NCBI GenBank assembly: GCA_016196885.1
Contig: JACPWU010000019.1
Span: 22,270-54,269, forward strand
Direction of reading: 5' to 3'
DNA: 32,000 bases
Source of the DNA: Chlamydiota bacterium
GTDB taxonomy: Bacteria; Auribacterota; JACPWU01
Program-made: the position numbers and the translations under genes
Notes under the pieces: generated by a model
The model's database searches: none
What the model was told of the DNA's origin: nothing
What the model saw: only the letters and a program-made list of their open reading frames with translations
Part shown: one piece after another, positions 8,370 to 17,800 of the stretch
Layout: the number at the start of each line of letters is the position of its first letter
Position numbering within the stretch: the stretch's first letter is position 1

Positions 8370-9539
8370 ATGCCCTCTTCTGAAAAAAGTCTACTTCAGC
8401 AAATTCAAAAGCTTTATGGAGTCATTGAGGCCAGCACTTTGGTGATTTCAGAGTTGGACATCAATGAAGTGTTGCGGCTCGTGATGGAAATTGCCAAGAA
8501 GGTGGTGAATGCGGAGGCCTCGAGCCTGCTTGTGCTGGATGCGAAGACGGGTCTTTTGGGTTATGAAGTGGCCTTGGGAGAGAAGGGTGAGGAGGTCAAA
8601 CAGAAATTTTCTTTGAAATTGGGACAGGGAATCGCCGGATGGGTGGCCGAGCATGGTAAACCCTTGCTTGTGGAGGATGCTCAGAAGGACGAGCGATTTT
8701 TTAAGGGAGCGGATCAATCGACGGGTTTTAAAACCCGCTCTATTCTTTGCGTTCCCATGAAGGTGCATGACAAAATTACAGGGGTCATCGAGGTCATTAA
8801 TCCCTTAAAGGGTAAAAAGGCCTTTGATGAGGGAGATTTAAAACTTTTGAATGCCTTCTCCAGTTTGGCTGCCATTGCCATTGAAAATGCAAAGCTCACC
8901 CAGGAAAAATTAGAACAGCAGGCCATGGAACAGAGCCTTGTTATCTCGCATCAGATTCAAGAAAACTTTTTAAAAAAAGATTTTCCCAACCTTAAAAGTT
9001 TTCAAGCCTTTGCCCAACTCAAATCGGCTTATGAAATTGGAGGAGATTTTTACGATTTTCTCGCGTTGGGCAAAAATCGTTGGGGGATTGTGATTGGCGA
9101 TGTTTCAGGTCGAGGGATTCCCGCCTTGTCCTATTTTGTGCTGGATTGTAAAACAGGTAAACTGGAGTGGGCGAACGCGGGACATTTGCCTTTTTTTATT
9201 TGTCGGGCTCGCAGTGGCAAGGTGGAAAAAATCTTAGGAGAGCATGGCCTGCCTTTGGGGATTCTTTATCATTCAAAAATTCCGCTTCAAGAAGTGATGC
9301 TTGAAAAAGGGGACCTTTTAATTTTGTTAACGGACGGGGTCATTGAAGCGCGCAATGCCAAGGGAGAAGAATTTGGCTGGGAGCGGCTTGAAAAATATTT
9401 GGAATCTTTGTCACCAGAGGCTTCTCTTGAGCAAACGGTGAATGATCTTTTTGAAAAGTTGGACCGCTTTGGAGGTTCTTTCGCCATTCCGGATGATGTC
9501 ACCCTTTTGGCCTTGAAATATCACGGGCCTCAGAAGTGA
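8370..9539 (+). CDS. GAF-domain PP2C (SpoIIE/RsbU-type) serine phosphatase, with an apparent internal gap in the phosphatase domain
   Basis: 389 aa. GAF region covers roughly residues 20-175. PP2C motifs are EIGGDFYDF, VIGDVSGRGIPA, ANAGH, LLTDGVIEA and PDDVTLLAL. Confidence 0.8.
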   Translation: MPSSEKSLLQQIQKLYGVIEASTLVISELDINEVLRLVMEIAKKVVNAEASSLLVLDAKTGLLGYEVALGEKGEEVKQKFSLKLGQGIAGWVAEHGKPLLVEDAQKDERFFKGADQSTGFKTRSILCVPMKVHDKITGVIEVINPLKGKKAFDEGDLKLLNAFSSLAAIAIENAKLTQEKLEQQAMEQSLVISHQIQENFLKKDFPNLKSFQAFAQLKSAYEIGGDFYDFLALGKNRWGIVIGDVSGRGIPALSYFVLDCKTGKLEWANAGHLPFFICRARSGKVEKILGEHGLPLGILYHSKIPLQEVMLEKGDLLILLTDGVIEARNAKGEEFGWERLEKYLESLSPEASLEQTVNDLFEKLDRFGGSFAIPDDVTLLALKYHGPQK

Positions 9540-9631
9540 CTCTCGCAAGAGTCATCCTGAGGAGTTTTTGCGACGAAGGATCTAAATTTTTTTTTTGACC
9601 TCTCCTATCCCATACATAATTCCGAATATAA

Positions 9632-9659
9632 TTGACGCATGTAATAAATATCCTATAAT
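9632..9659 (+). promoter_or_regulatory. Sigma70-like promoter upstream of the AAA/DUF4143 gene
   Basis: TTGACG (9632-9637), 16-nt spacer, TATAAT (9654-9659), in a very AT-rich stretch (about 9590-9696). Confidence 0.4.
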
Positions 9660-9696
9660 TTGTTACATACATAGTTATAAATAAGGCCTAACTTTA

Positions 9697-11052
9697 ATGT
9701 TTCAGCGTCGAATATTAAAATATCTTGATCAATGGAAAACTCGCTCTGATCGCAAGCCCTTGATCTTGAGAGGAGCAAGACAAGTCGGAAAAACGGTCAG
9801 CGTGAGACTTTTCGGTCAGCATTCCTTCAAGAACTTCATCGAAATCAATCTGGAAAATCCTGAGCATGCCTTATTGTTCAAAACTCCTCTCTCTGTGGAT
9901 GATTTTGAAAAGGTGATACAAGTTAAAATGAGGAAAACCCTAAAGGATGGGGAGACATTGCTCTTTATGGATGAAATTCAAAATTCTCCAGTGCTCATTC
10001 AACTTTTACGTTTCTTTCATGAGGAAAGGCCAGGTCTTCATGTCATTGCAGCGGGGTCCTTATTGGACGTCAAACTCCAGAAAGAGGGCCTGGCTTTTCC
10101 TGTGGGACGCGTCGAATATGCTTATCTTTACCCGTTAGATTTTTTTGAATTTCTACACGCTAAAGGGGAGTTGGAGTTGTTGAAATATCTTGAAGAGCTT
10201 AAGAGGGGTGACGTGATTCTCCCGGCGATGTCTATCATGGCCGAAAAACTTTTTTCAGAGTATATGATGGTAGGAGGCATGCCTGAGGCTGTAAACCATT
10301 TTGTGAAACAAAATGATTTTATCGGACTGGATCGCATTGATCACTCGCTCATGGTCTCCTACCATGAAGATATTTTAAAATATGCATCCCTCGCAAAAGC
10401 AAAGTACCTCGAGCATGTCTTGGAAAAAGGGCCTCTCTTTGCAGGTCAACGCGTGACCTATGAACACTTTGGCGGATCCAATTTTAAGAGTCGAGAAATG
10501 TCAGAAGCCTTTGATCTTCTCGAAAAGGCCATGTTGTTTCATCGTGTGACGGGGACTCCTAGCACGGCTCTGCCTCTGGTCTCAAAGAAGAAAAAGCCAC
10601 CCAAAATTCTCTTTCTGGATGTAGGATTGATCCATTACAAGCTGGGGATCAGGGATCGATTGATAGATTTTGCGCGACTTGATGAAACCTTCAGAGGTCG
10701 AATTGCAGAACAAGTGGTCGGCCAGCATCTGGTCATCACACAGCAAGGAATGCCAGAGACTGTCCACTATTGGTACCGGGAAAGCCCTGGAAGTACGGCC
10801 GAGGTGGACTATGTTCTCTTTGAGAAGGGAGAGCTGACGCCGATTGAAGTGAAATCTGGAAAGAGTGGTCGCTTAAGATCTCTCAAAGAATTTGTCACAG
10901 CGACCGGGCAAAAAAAGGCGATGCGCGTTTATCAAGGACCCTTTGTGTTGGAAACGATTCAGATCGAGGATACCCATTTTGAACTTCTTTCTCTGCCCTT
11001 TTTCCTTTTGCCCAGAATCAGAGATTTTTTGGGGTCTTCTTTTCGTCCATAG
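9697..11052 (+). CDS. AAA-family ATPase with C-terminal DUF4143-like (PD-(D/E)xK-like) domain
   Basis: 451 aa. Walker A is RGARQVGKT and Walker B is LLFMDEIQ. C-terminal AEVDYVLFEKGELTPIEVKSGKS fits a D...E.K nuclease-like motif. Confidence 0.8.
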   Translation: MFQRRILKYLDQWKTRSDRKPLILRGARQVGKTVSVRLFGQHSFKNFIEINLENPEHALLFKTPLSVDDFEKVIQVKMRKTLKDGETLLFMDEIQNSPVLIQLLRFFHEERPGLHVIAAGSLLDVKLQKEGLAFPVGRVEYAYLYPLDFFEFLHAKGELELLKYLEELKRGDVILPAMSIMAEKLFSEYMMVGGMPEAVNHFVKQNDFIGLDRIDHSLMVSYHEDILKYASLAKAKYLEHVLEKGPLFAGQRVTYEHFGGSNFKSREMSEAFDLLEKAMLFHRVTGTPSTALPLVSKKKKPPKILFLDVGLIHYKLGIRDRLIDFARLDETFRGRIAEQVVGQHLVITQQGMPETVHYWYRESPGSTAEVDYVLFEKGELTPIEVKSGKSGRLRSLKEFVTATGQKKAMRVYQGPFVLETIQIEDTHFELLSLPFFLLPRIRDFLGSSFRP

Positions 11053-11130
11053 AATCTAAAAGTCGGGGCGTAATTTTTTTTATAACAGGCTGCGTGATTT
11101 GGTACAATCAGCGGTGAAAACGAGTCAATA

Positions 11131-11198
11131 GTCCACAGTCCATAGTCGATAGTTTATAATGTTTCTATCTATGGACTATAGACCATCGACTATGGACT
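11131..11198. repeat. Heptamer-based inverted repeat upstream of the kinase gene
   Basis: Left arm GTCCACA GTCCATA GTCGATA (11131-11151). Right arm ATGGACT ATAGACC ATCGACT ATGGACT (11171-11198). AGTCCATAGTCGAT (11138-11151) is the perfect reverse complement of ATCGACTATGGACT (11185-11198). Confidence 0.75.
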
Positions 11199-11204
11199 AA
11201 AAAC

Positions 11205-11621
11205 ATGGCTTTAGAAAACCGCATCGAAATCACTTTTGAAAGCCATCCACGCTGGCTACAGCATGTACGAGCCATGGTGCGCTCGTTTTGTTCTTTGGTG
11301 GGTTTTTCCAAACCTCAGGTTCATGCGGTGGTGCTTGCTGTGGATGAGGCTTGTACCAATGTGATCCGCCACAGTTATGAAGGCAAGCCCCGCTGTCCCA
11401 TTTTTTTGGAGTGCGAATCTAAAAATCATACCGTGGAATTTCTTCTTAAAGATCAGGGTCCCGCCATAGACCTCAAAAAAATTCAACACCGCTCCTTGGA
11501 TGATGTAAAGCCTGGGGGTTTAGGTGTTTTCTTTATTCATAAGGCCATGGACAAGGTTGAATACAAACGAGAAAAAGGATTTAACGTTTTAAGGATGCTC
11601 AAACATGCCAAGAAAAAATGA
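11205..11621 (+). CDS. RsbW/SpoIIAB-like anti-sigma-type serine kinase (HATPase_c)
   Basis: 138 aa. N-box DEACTNVIRHSY, G1 KDQGPAID, G2 PGGLGVFFI. Confidence 0.8.
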   Translation: MALENRIEITFESHPRWLQHVRAMVRSFCSLVGFSKPQVHAVVLAVDEACTNVIRHSYEGKPRCPIFLECESKNHTVEFLLKDQGPAIDLKKIQHRSLDDVKPGGLGVFFIHKAMDKVEYKREKGFNVLRMLKHAKKK

Positions 11622-11997
11622 GGGGGAGTGCACGCTCAGAGAATGTAAAGACGGGTGGATTGTGGATTTGACAGGAGAGGTGGATCTTTATCGTTCAGGC
11701 CAGATTCGCAAACAATTTGAGCAGGTGTTGAACAAAAAACCGAAAGGATTTTTAGTCAATTTGGTGAAGGTGAGTTACATGGATAGCTCAGGTCTGGCGA
11801 CTCTGATCGAGGCCTTTCAAATCGCGAAGAAAAAAGGCATTTTTTTTGGGCTCTTGGGTGTGAATGCCACGTTAAAAGGCCTTTTTGAAATCACGCACTT
11901 AGAAAAAGTTTTTCAGATTTACCGAACAGAAGAAGAGGCGTTAGAAGCTTTGGACAAGGGACTTCCTCTTGCGGATGAAGGAAGTGATCTCTTGTGA
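11605..11997 (+). CDS. STAS-domain protein (RsbV/SpoIIAA-like, in the position of a MlaB)
   Basis: 130 aa. Contains VSYMDSSGLATLIEAF with the conserved phosphorylatable Ser context. Overlaps the kinase gene by 17 nt. Its stop overlaps the mlaE GTG (GTGA at 11994-11997). Confidence 0.8.
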   Translation: MPRKNEGECTLRECKDGWIVDLTGEVDLYRSGQIRKQFEQVLNKKPKGFLVNLVKVSYMDSSGLATLIEAFQIAKKKGIFFGLLGVNATLKGLFEITHLEKVFQIYRTEEEALEALDKGLPLADEGSDLL

Positions 11998-12773
11998 AGA
12001 ATCCCAGCCAGGCCTTGAAATTTTCTCTCCATCATCTGGACAGTTTTCTTCTCATGGCAGGCCTGACCCTCTATTGGATGGTTGCGGGTTTTTGGAAGAA
12101 AAAGGTCCCCAGTCTCAAAGAAATGATCAAGCAAATGTTAGAAGGGGGTGTGAAATCTTTTACCCTCGTCTCGCTGGTCTCTTTCTTTCTGGGGCTTACC
12201 TTGGCCATGCTGACGTCTTATCAACTTCAAAAATTGGGTGGAGGGATTTTGGTGGCAGGTCTCGTCGGCGTTTCTTTCACCCGGGAATTGGGTCCTTTGC
12301 TCACAGCCATTGTCGTGGCGGGCCGCGTGGGTTCTGGAATCGCGGCTGAATTAGGGACGATGAAGGTATCGGAGGAAATCGAGGCCTTGGAGACGATGGG
12401 GGTCAATCCCATTCGGTATTTGGTACTGCCTCGGTTTTTGGCGCTCACCTGGATGGTCCCCTGTCTCACCCTTTTTTCTAATTTGATTGGGATGATGGGA
12501 GGTTACATCATTGGCCATTTTACTTTGGACATTGATACCTCTTATTATTGTTCTCGAACCTTTGAGGCGCTGGTTGTCAAAGACATTCAAGTGGGTTTGA
12601 TCAAAAGTTTTTCTTTTGGAGCTCTGATCAGTTTGGTGGGTTGTTACGAGGGGTTGATTGTGCAAGGAGGGGCAGAAGGGGTTGGAAAGGCGACGACGCT
12701 TTCGGTGGTCGCTTCAATTATTCTTGTCATCATTGTAGATTGCTTATGGAATGCAGTGTTTTATTTTTTGTAG
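11994..12773 (+). CDS. mlaE: MlaE-type ABC transporter permease
   Basis: 259 aa, multi-TM. Conserved TRELGPLLTAIVVAGRVGSGIAAELGTMKVSEEIEALETMGVNP. Confidence 0.9.
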   Translation: MKNPSQALKFSLHHLDSFLLMAGLTLYWMVAGFWKKKVPSLKEMIKQMLEGGVKSFTLVSLVSFFLGLTLAMLTSYQLQKLGGGILVAGLVGVSFTRELGPLLTAIVVAGRVGSGIAAELGTMKVSEEIEALETMGVNPIRYLVLPRFLALTWMVPCLTLFSNLIGMMGGYIIGHFTLDIDTSYYCSRTFEALVVKDIQVGLIKSFSFGALISLVGCYEGLIVQGGAEGVGKATTLSVVASIILVIIVDCLWNAVFYFL

Positions 12774-12840
12774 TCGCCCCATTTATGGGGCCGTGCCCCT
12801 TGCCCCTGCATGGATTGCCCGATAAATCGGGCGACTACAA
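12768..12840. repeat. REP-like palindromic element, copy 1 (carries a 24-nt internal insert)
   Basis: TTGTAGTCGCCCCATTTATGGGGC + CGTGCCCCTTGCCCCTGCATGGAT + TGCCCGATAAATCGGGCGACTACAA. The mlaE stop (12771-12773) lies inside it. Confidence 0.8.
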
Positions 12841-12876
12841 GGGGAATCAAGTGCATATGCCTGTAAAGTAATGTAG

Positions 12877-13674
12877 GTGATTATGTTTTACATCCTCGAA
12901 GTTAAAAAATTAGAGAAAAGTTTTGGCTCTCATAAGGTTCTTGACGAAATAAGTTTTTCCGTCGAAAAGGGAAAGATTTTGGTGATTTTGGGGATGAGCG
13001 GCTGTGGGAAAAGTACCTTGCTCAAACATTTGATCGGGGTGTTGAAGCCGGATCGAGGTGAGATTCGCCTTTTGGGTCAAGAGATCATGCGTTTAAAACC
13101 TGAGGAACTCGATCAGTTGAGGAGAAAGGTGGGGATTCTTTATCAGAGCGCGGCCCTTTTTAATTCCATGACGGTGGGAGAGAATGTGGCCTTTCCCTTG
13201 AGAGAGCATGCCAAGCTTGATGAAAAAATCATTCAGATTGTGATGCGAATCAAGTTAGAATTGGTGGGCTTGAGCGGTTTTGAAAATTTAATGCCGTCTC
13301 AAATCAGCGGCGGAATGAAAAAGCGGGTAGGTCTTGCCAGGGCCTTGGCCCTCGATCCTGAAATTGTTTTTTACGATGAGCCAGGGGCAGGCCTAGATCC
13401 CGTGACCTTGGCCATGATAGACCAATTGATTTTAGATTTGAGCCGAAAGCTGGGAATTACCTCGGTCGTGGTGACGCATGAAATACAATCAGCCTTCCGC
13501 ATTGCAGATCAAATGGTGATGATGCATGGCGGAAAAATTCTGGCTCAAGGGTCGCCTTCGGAGATTCGATCCTCGGACAATCCCATTGTAAGACAATTTA
13601 TGACAGGCTCGGCTGAGGGGCCGATTCCGATGAAAAGAGAAAGTGATGAATATCTGAAAAGTTTGATGGGATGA
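12877..13674 (+). CDS. mlaF: MlaF-type ABC transporter ATPase
   Basis: Walker A GMSGCGKST, signature ISGGMKKRVGLARA, Walker B IVFYDEP. The start is either GTG 12877 or ATG 12883. Confidence 0.9.
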   Translation: MIMFYILEVKKLEKSFGSHKVLDEISFSVEKGKILVILGMSGCGKSTLLKHLIGVLKPDRGEIRLLGQEIMRLKPEELDQLRRKVGILYQSAALFNSMTVGENVAFPLREHAKLDEKIIQIVMRIKLELVGLSGFENLMPSQISGGMKKRVGLARALALDPEIVFYDEPGAGLDPVTLAMIDQLILDLSRKLGITSVVVTHEIQSAFRIADQMVMMHGGKILAQGSPSEIRSSDNPIVRQFMTGSAEGPIPMKRESDEYLKSLMG

Positions 13675-13682
13675 TAAAAAGA

Positions 13683-13847
13683 CAGTTGTGAGTTGTGAGG
13701 GGTGAGTCCCGCGGGGACTATAAAAACATGTTGTGAGTAAGAGTAAAACAGTCGTGAGTGAAAAATCATACCTATAAAACTCACGACTCACGACTGACGA
13801 CTCACAACTGCTTTTGGACTCACGACTCACCACTCACTACTCACGAC
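13683..13847. repeat. Four-arm heptamer-repeat structure in the mlaF-mlaD spacer
   Basis: Arm 1: AGTTGTG AGTTGTG AGGGGTG AGTCCCG (13684-13711). Arm 2: a GTGAGT-rich stretch at 13730-13760. Arm 3: ACTCACG ACTCACG ACTGACG ACTCACA (13779-13806). Arm 4: GACTCAC GACTCAC CACTCAC TACTCAC (13817-13844). There are two perfect 11-bp pairings, 13683-13693 with 13800-13810 and 13749-13759 with 13786-13796. Confidence 0.8.
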
Positions 13848-13859
13848 AGAGAGGAAATT

Positions 13860-14840
13860 ATGGATTATTTTAGATCTGGCAGCAAGGTTGCGATTCTTTT
13901 TTTGGCGGCATGCTTCATTCTGGGTTATTTCCTCATTCATGCGGGTCAGGTGCGGGTGATGGGAGAGACGCAGGAGTTTAAGCTCCTTTTTTCCTCCGTG
14001 GGAAATTTGAAGGTAGATTCTCCAGTCACTTATTCAGGGCTTAAGGTGGGGCAGGTGGTGGACATTCGCCCTCTTTCTCCTGAAGAACGCAAAAAATATC
14101 AAAGGGATATTGAAACCCTTGTACGCATCAGTAAAGATGTCACCCTTCATGAGGATTCCAAGGTTCAGGTTTTATCTTTAGGATTTTTGGGTGAAAAGTA
14201 TATCGAGCTGAGCCCGGGAGGCATGGACGCTCGTCCCTTAAAACCGGGCGATGCACTTTTTGGGGAGGTGCCCAAAGAGCTGACGGAGGTGATAGGGCAT
14301 TTCGCGACTGAATTTGATGAGATGATTCCCAAGATTAAAGACACCGTTGAAAAAATTCATTCGAGCGCGGCCAATGTGGATCAGGTCGTAGACGAAATCG
14401 CAAAAGAAAGAAAGGTTCAGGCCCTTTTGGAAGATGCAAAAAAGGTGACAAGCCACATCAATCACATTTTGCATGAGAATCGAAAGGCCATCCGTGAAAC
14501 TCTGCAAAACGCGGATGATTTTTCGGGGGATTTAAAGGGGCAATTTCACGAGGCCTCGCCTAAAATTCAAAAGCTTTTGGACCAGATGAACAAAGCGGTC
14601 GAGGACTTAGATGCTGTTTTGGCAGGTGCCAAAGATTGGGTCCATGAGAATACCCCGGGGATCCATCGCACCCTTCAAAATCTAGAAGAGGCCTCCGAGC
14701 ATGCCAAGGCTTTTCTAAAAATTTTAAGGGAAGAGCCCTGGCGCCTTTTGTCTAAACCCCGCCCGGCGCCGGTTCAAAAAGGGCCTCAGAGAGGGTTTTC
14801 AATTTATAAGAAGTCGGTTCAGGAAAAAACAAGTGATTAG
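13860..14840 (+). CDS. mlaD: MlaD/MCE-domain protein with a long helical C-terminal extension
   Basis: The true start is ATG 13860 (SD GAGAGGAAA), giving MDYFRSGSKVAILFLAACFILGYF (TM anchor). The MCE domain follows (VDSPVTYSGLKVGQV...GEKYIELSPG). The track's upstream extension reads through the heptamer repeats. Confidence 0.85.
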   Translation: MDYFRSGSKVAILFLAACFILGYFLIHAGQVRVMGETQEFKLLFSSVGNLKVDSPVTYSGLKVGQVVDIRPLSPEERKKYQRDIETLVRISKDVTLHEDSKVQVLSLGFLGEKYIELSPGGMDARPLKPGDALFGEVPKELTEVIGHFATEFDEMIPKIKDTVEKIHSSAANVDQVVDEIAKERKVQALLEDAKKVTSHINHILHENRKAIRETLQNADDFSGDLKGQFHEASPKIQKLLDQMNKAVEDLDAVLAGAKDWVHENTPGIHRTLQNLEEASEHAKAFLKILREEPWRLLSKPRPAPVQKGPQRGFSIYKKSVQEKTSD

Positions 14841-17800
14841 GGATTCGGATCGCTAGAGAGGGCAGGATCGTAGTCAATCGTTCCACCACTTGCATTTGAA
14901 AAATCGGATGTGTCTACAGGATATTCTCCCCACCAATTATTTTCGGCTTTGACTGCGTAAGACGTATTGTTCGCGAAATCGTAGGTGCCATTTCCATAGA
15001 TAGAGTTATATCCAGTGTTGGAATCTGGATCTCCAAAATTGAGGTCGAGAGAGGAAGGTGTAGATCCTGAAACGCTGAGGTCAATGCCATCACCCAGATT
15101 GTTGCTCACCACCGTGTCAATCATCAGCACGGTGAGACTTCCATCGGATTCGGTTAGGGTCAAATTCAAATTAACCCCATCTCCTCCATTCCCGGAAAAA
15201 ACATTCCCGTCTTGTCCGCCCTTTCCTTCATTGCCATCTTTAGCGTCGAAATAAATCCCATGACCGACTGAACTTTCATTGAGTGTGAGCCCATTGCCTG
15301 CATTATTGGTGACCACATTATCTCTAAACTCAGTATCCACAGAGGATGTATTCAACGCGAGGCCATCTGCTCCATTTGCGCTCACTGTATTTTTTTGAAT
15401 GCCTAAAGTTGTGTTATCCGCATCCAGAAAAAGGCCATTGGCCAAATTATTTGAAAGTTCATTTCCTTGAATGAGGACGGAAGAGCCACCAGAGGCATTG
15501 AGAGAAATTCCATTCAAGTTTCCAGAAATGGAATTTTTTAGGCTGGAGGAAGTGGCGCCTAAGGTAATGCTACTTCCGCCTGTACTGTCAACAGTTAAAT
15601 CCAGCCCATTTCCTGCGTTGTTCGTAATGGTATTGGAGTAAAAGGGCCCCACAGAGACATAGTAACTTGAGGATAAATCGGCCCTCATTCCCGCTCCACT
15701 GTTGTCTTGGGATTCGTTATTGGTGCCTGCAAGCTGAAGATGACCGTTGGAAAAGCCGTTGATATTAATGCCGTCTCCGGCATTGTGGGTGAAGTTATTG
15801 TAATCAACGCTGATATAATCCCCAGCTGATTTACTTTGCTGGAAATTCAGATCGATTCCATTCCCCTGATTGTCATGAATGGAGTTTTCATAAATACTGA
15901 TATAGTCGAAGAAGGCAAAACCACTGGAAGGTAAGGAAGAGGTTCCACCCGCCACCAAATTCATTTTGATTCCCTCTCCAGGACTGTCATAGACCTCATT
16001 GCCATAAACGAAAACGTAAGGGAAACTTCCCGCGGTTCTTAAGTCTATGTCTATTCCAGCTCCCACATTGGCGTAAGAGATGTTGTACTCGATGGTGAGT
16101 GGATAGCTGCTGGTGCCATCAGACCCTGCATCATAGCCCACATTCCCTGTGATGGGGTAAATATCATCATCGGGATTGTCATCAGGGCTCACGATCTTAA
16201 TCCCAGCACCTCCGTTGTAACTGGTTGTGCTATCAACAGCCGATAAATACAGATCTTTTGCTTGAAGAATCGTGGCATGAACCCCGTCAGCCCCATTGTA
16301 GTTGGCATCGGATCCCACATCCAGAGTCACATTTCCGGGAGAGGCGGCAACGATTTCCATACCGTTTGAAATATTGTTGTTGGTCTGGTTAAAAAATCCA
16401 CCCACCCCTAGGGAAGTATCCGATTGGGCGTTGACATAGATTCCATCCTGGCCGTTGTTGTTTGCCTGATTTAATAGGACCCCAAAGGACAGGGCCCCTT
16501 TAGAACTCACGTCAGCGTGGAGTCCATCTAAGGCATTCTCATCGGTTACATTGTACTCAAAACCAGAAGAGCTGATGGTTTCGTCCGAGTGCATTTGAAC
16601 GTTTAGCCCATGGCCCGCATTTTGATTGGCCGTGTTTGCCGTGAAATCTGCTCCGATGGTACCCTGAATGTCATGAGTCGCGTTCGCGTTAAGATCAATT
16701 CCATCTCCCGCATTGTTGCTAGCCTTGTTTCCTTCCATCTGAAAGAGGATGTCCGTTCCCTCCAAATCCAAGACCATTCCTGTCGTGGGATTGTTGTTTG
16801 CGGTATTTCCAAAAAGAGTAGCTTGTGCGTTATAAGGGTAAACCGTCTCATCTCCATGAATGGTGTTTGCCCGAGCTTTTAAATCTATCCCGTAACCTTC
16901 TTGGGTGTTGTTCCCCTGGTTGTAGCTAAAATCCAGGAATAAATCATGGATAGGCTCTTCGTCGCTGCCGATCCGGGCAAACACGCCTGATTTTCCATTT
17001 CCACTCCCACCTCCATAACTAATCCAGGCATGGACAGTGGCGGGAGAATTGATCGTGACTATTTCCCCATATTCTCCATTTTCGTTTCCTCCTGAAAAGA
17101 TAGAGGCGGTCATGTCGCTGGGCGAATTTAAGGCTATTTCAGCCCCGTTCTCTAGATTGTTATTTCCATAGGCAGTGACAGAGGCATTCATGCTTCCAGA
17201 GGAACTCGCCGAGACCTCGTTCCCATTCTTTCCATTGTTGTCCGCATAAGCACTGATGGAGGCCTGCATCTGGCCTGATGAAGTGAGGGTGATCTGGGTC
17301 CCATTTTCTCCATTGTTATTCGCGGTGAAGAGCATATCCGTTTCGATGTCCCCTCCCGAGGTCATTGTGATTTCAGCGCCGTTCTTTGCATTGTCATTTG
17401 CAGTTGTTCCCAGGGTGGCGCTGATATGATTGGGAGAGTCGAGATTAATTTTGAAACCGTTTTCTCCATTTTCATCGGTGAGGTTATTACTGATGGATGC
17501 ATTGATATCCCCAATGTTTGATAGATCAACGTCGATCCCGTCGCCTCCATTTTGATCGACCCCAAATACGTCATAGCTAATGACATTTCCTTCGTCATCG
17601 TAAGAGACATTCTCGTATTGTAAATTTGCATTCACTTGTAATGTAGCTTGATCATAATTAGAGGCTCTAATCTGAATACCATCTAAGGTATTGACTCTGA
17701 CACCATTTCCCTCGATGGTCGTGGAGAAGATTTGTCCCAAAGCTCCCGTTCCCACCACTCGAATTCCATATTCGTCATTGTTCTGGATGATGTTGTCGCT

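Noticed and set aside
12641-12871. 76-aa plus-strand ORF spanning the mlaE end and the REP-like element
   Set aside because: It overlaps mlaE out of frame and reads through a palindromic repeat. There is no RBS or motif.
13758-13859. N-terminal extension of MlaD in the track (MKNHTYKTHDSRLTTHNCFWTHDSPLTTHD...)
   Set aside because: It is the translation of the ACTCACG/GACTCAC heptamer arrays. A proper SD and ATG at 13860 give a normal TM anchor.
14837-14840. Convergent overlap of the mlaD and giant-protein stop codons (TTAG) as a regulatory feature
   Set aside because: It is real in the sequence, but a 4-nt stop overlap with no intervening terminator is common in compact genomes. There is no further evidence of function.
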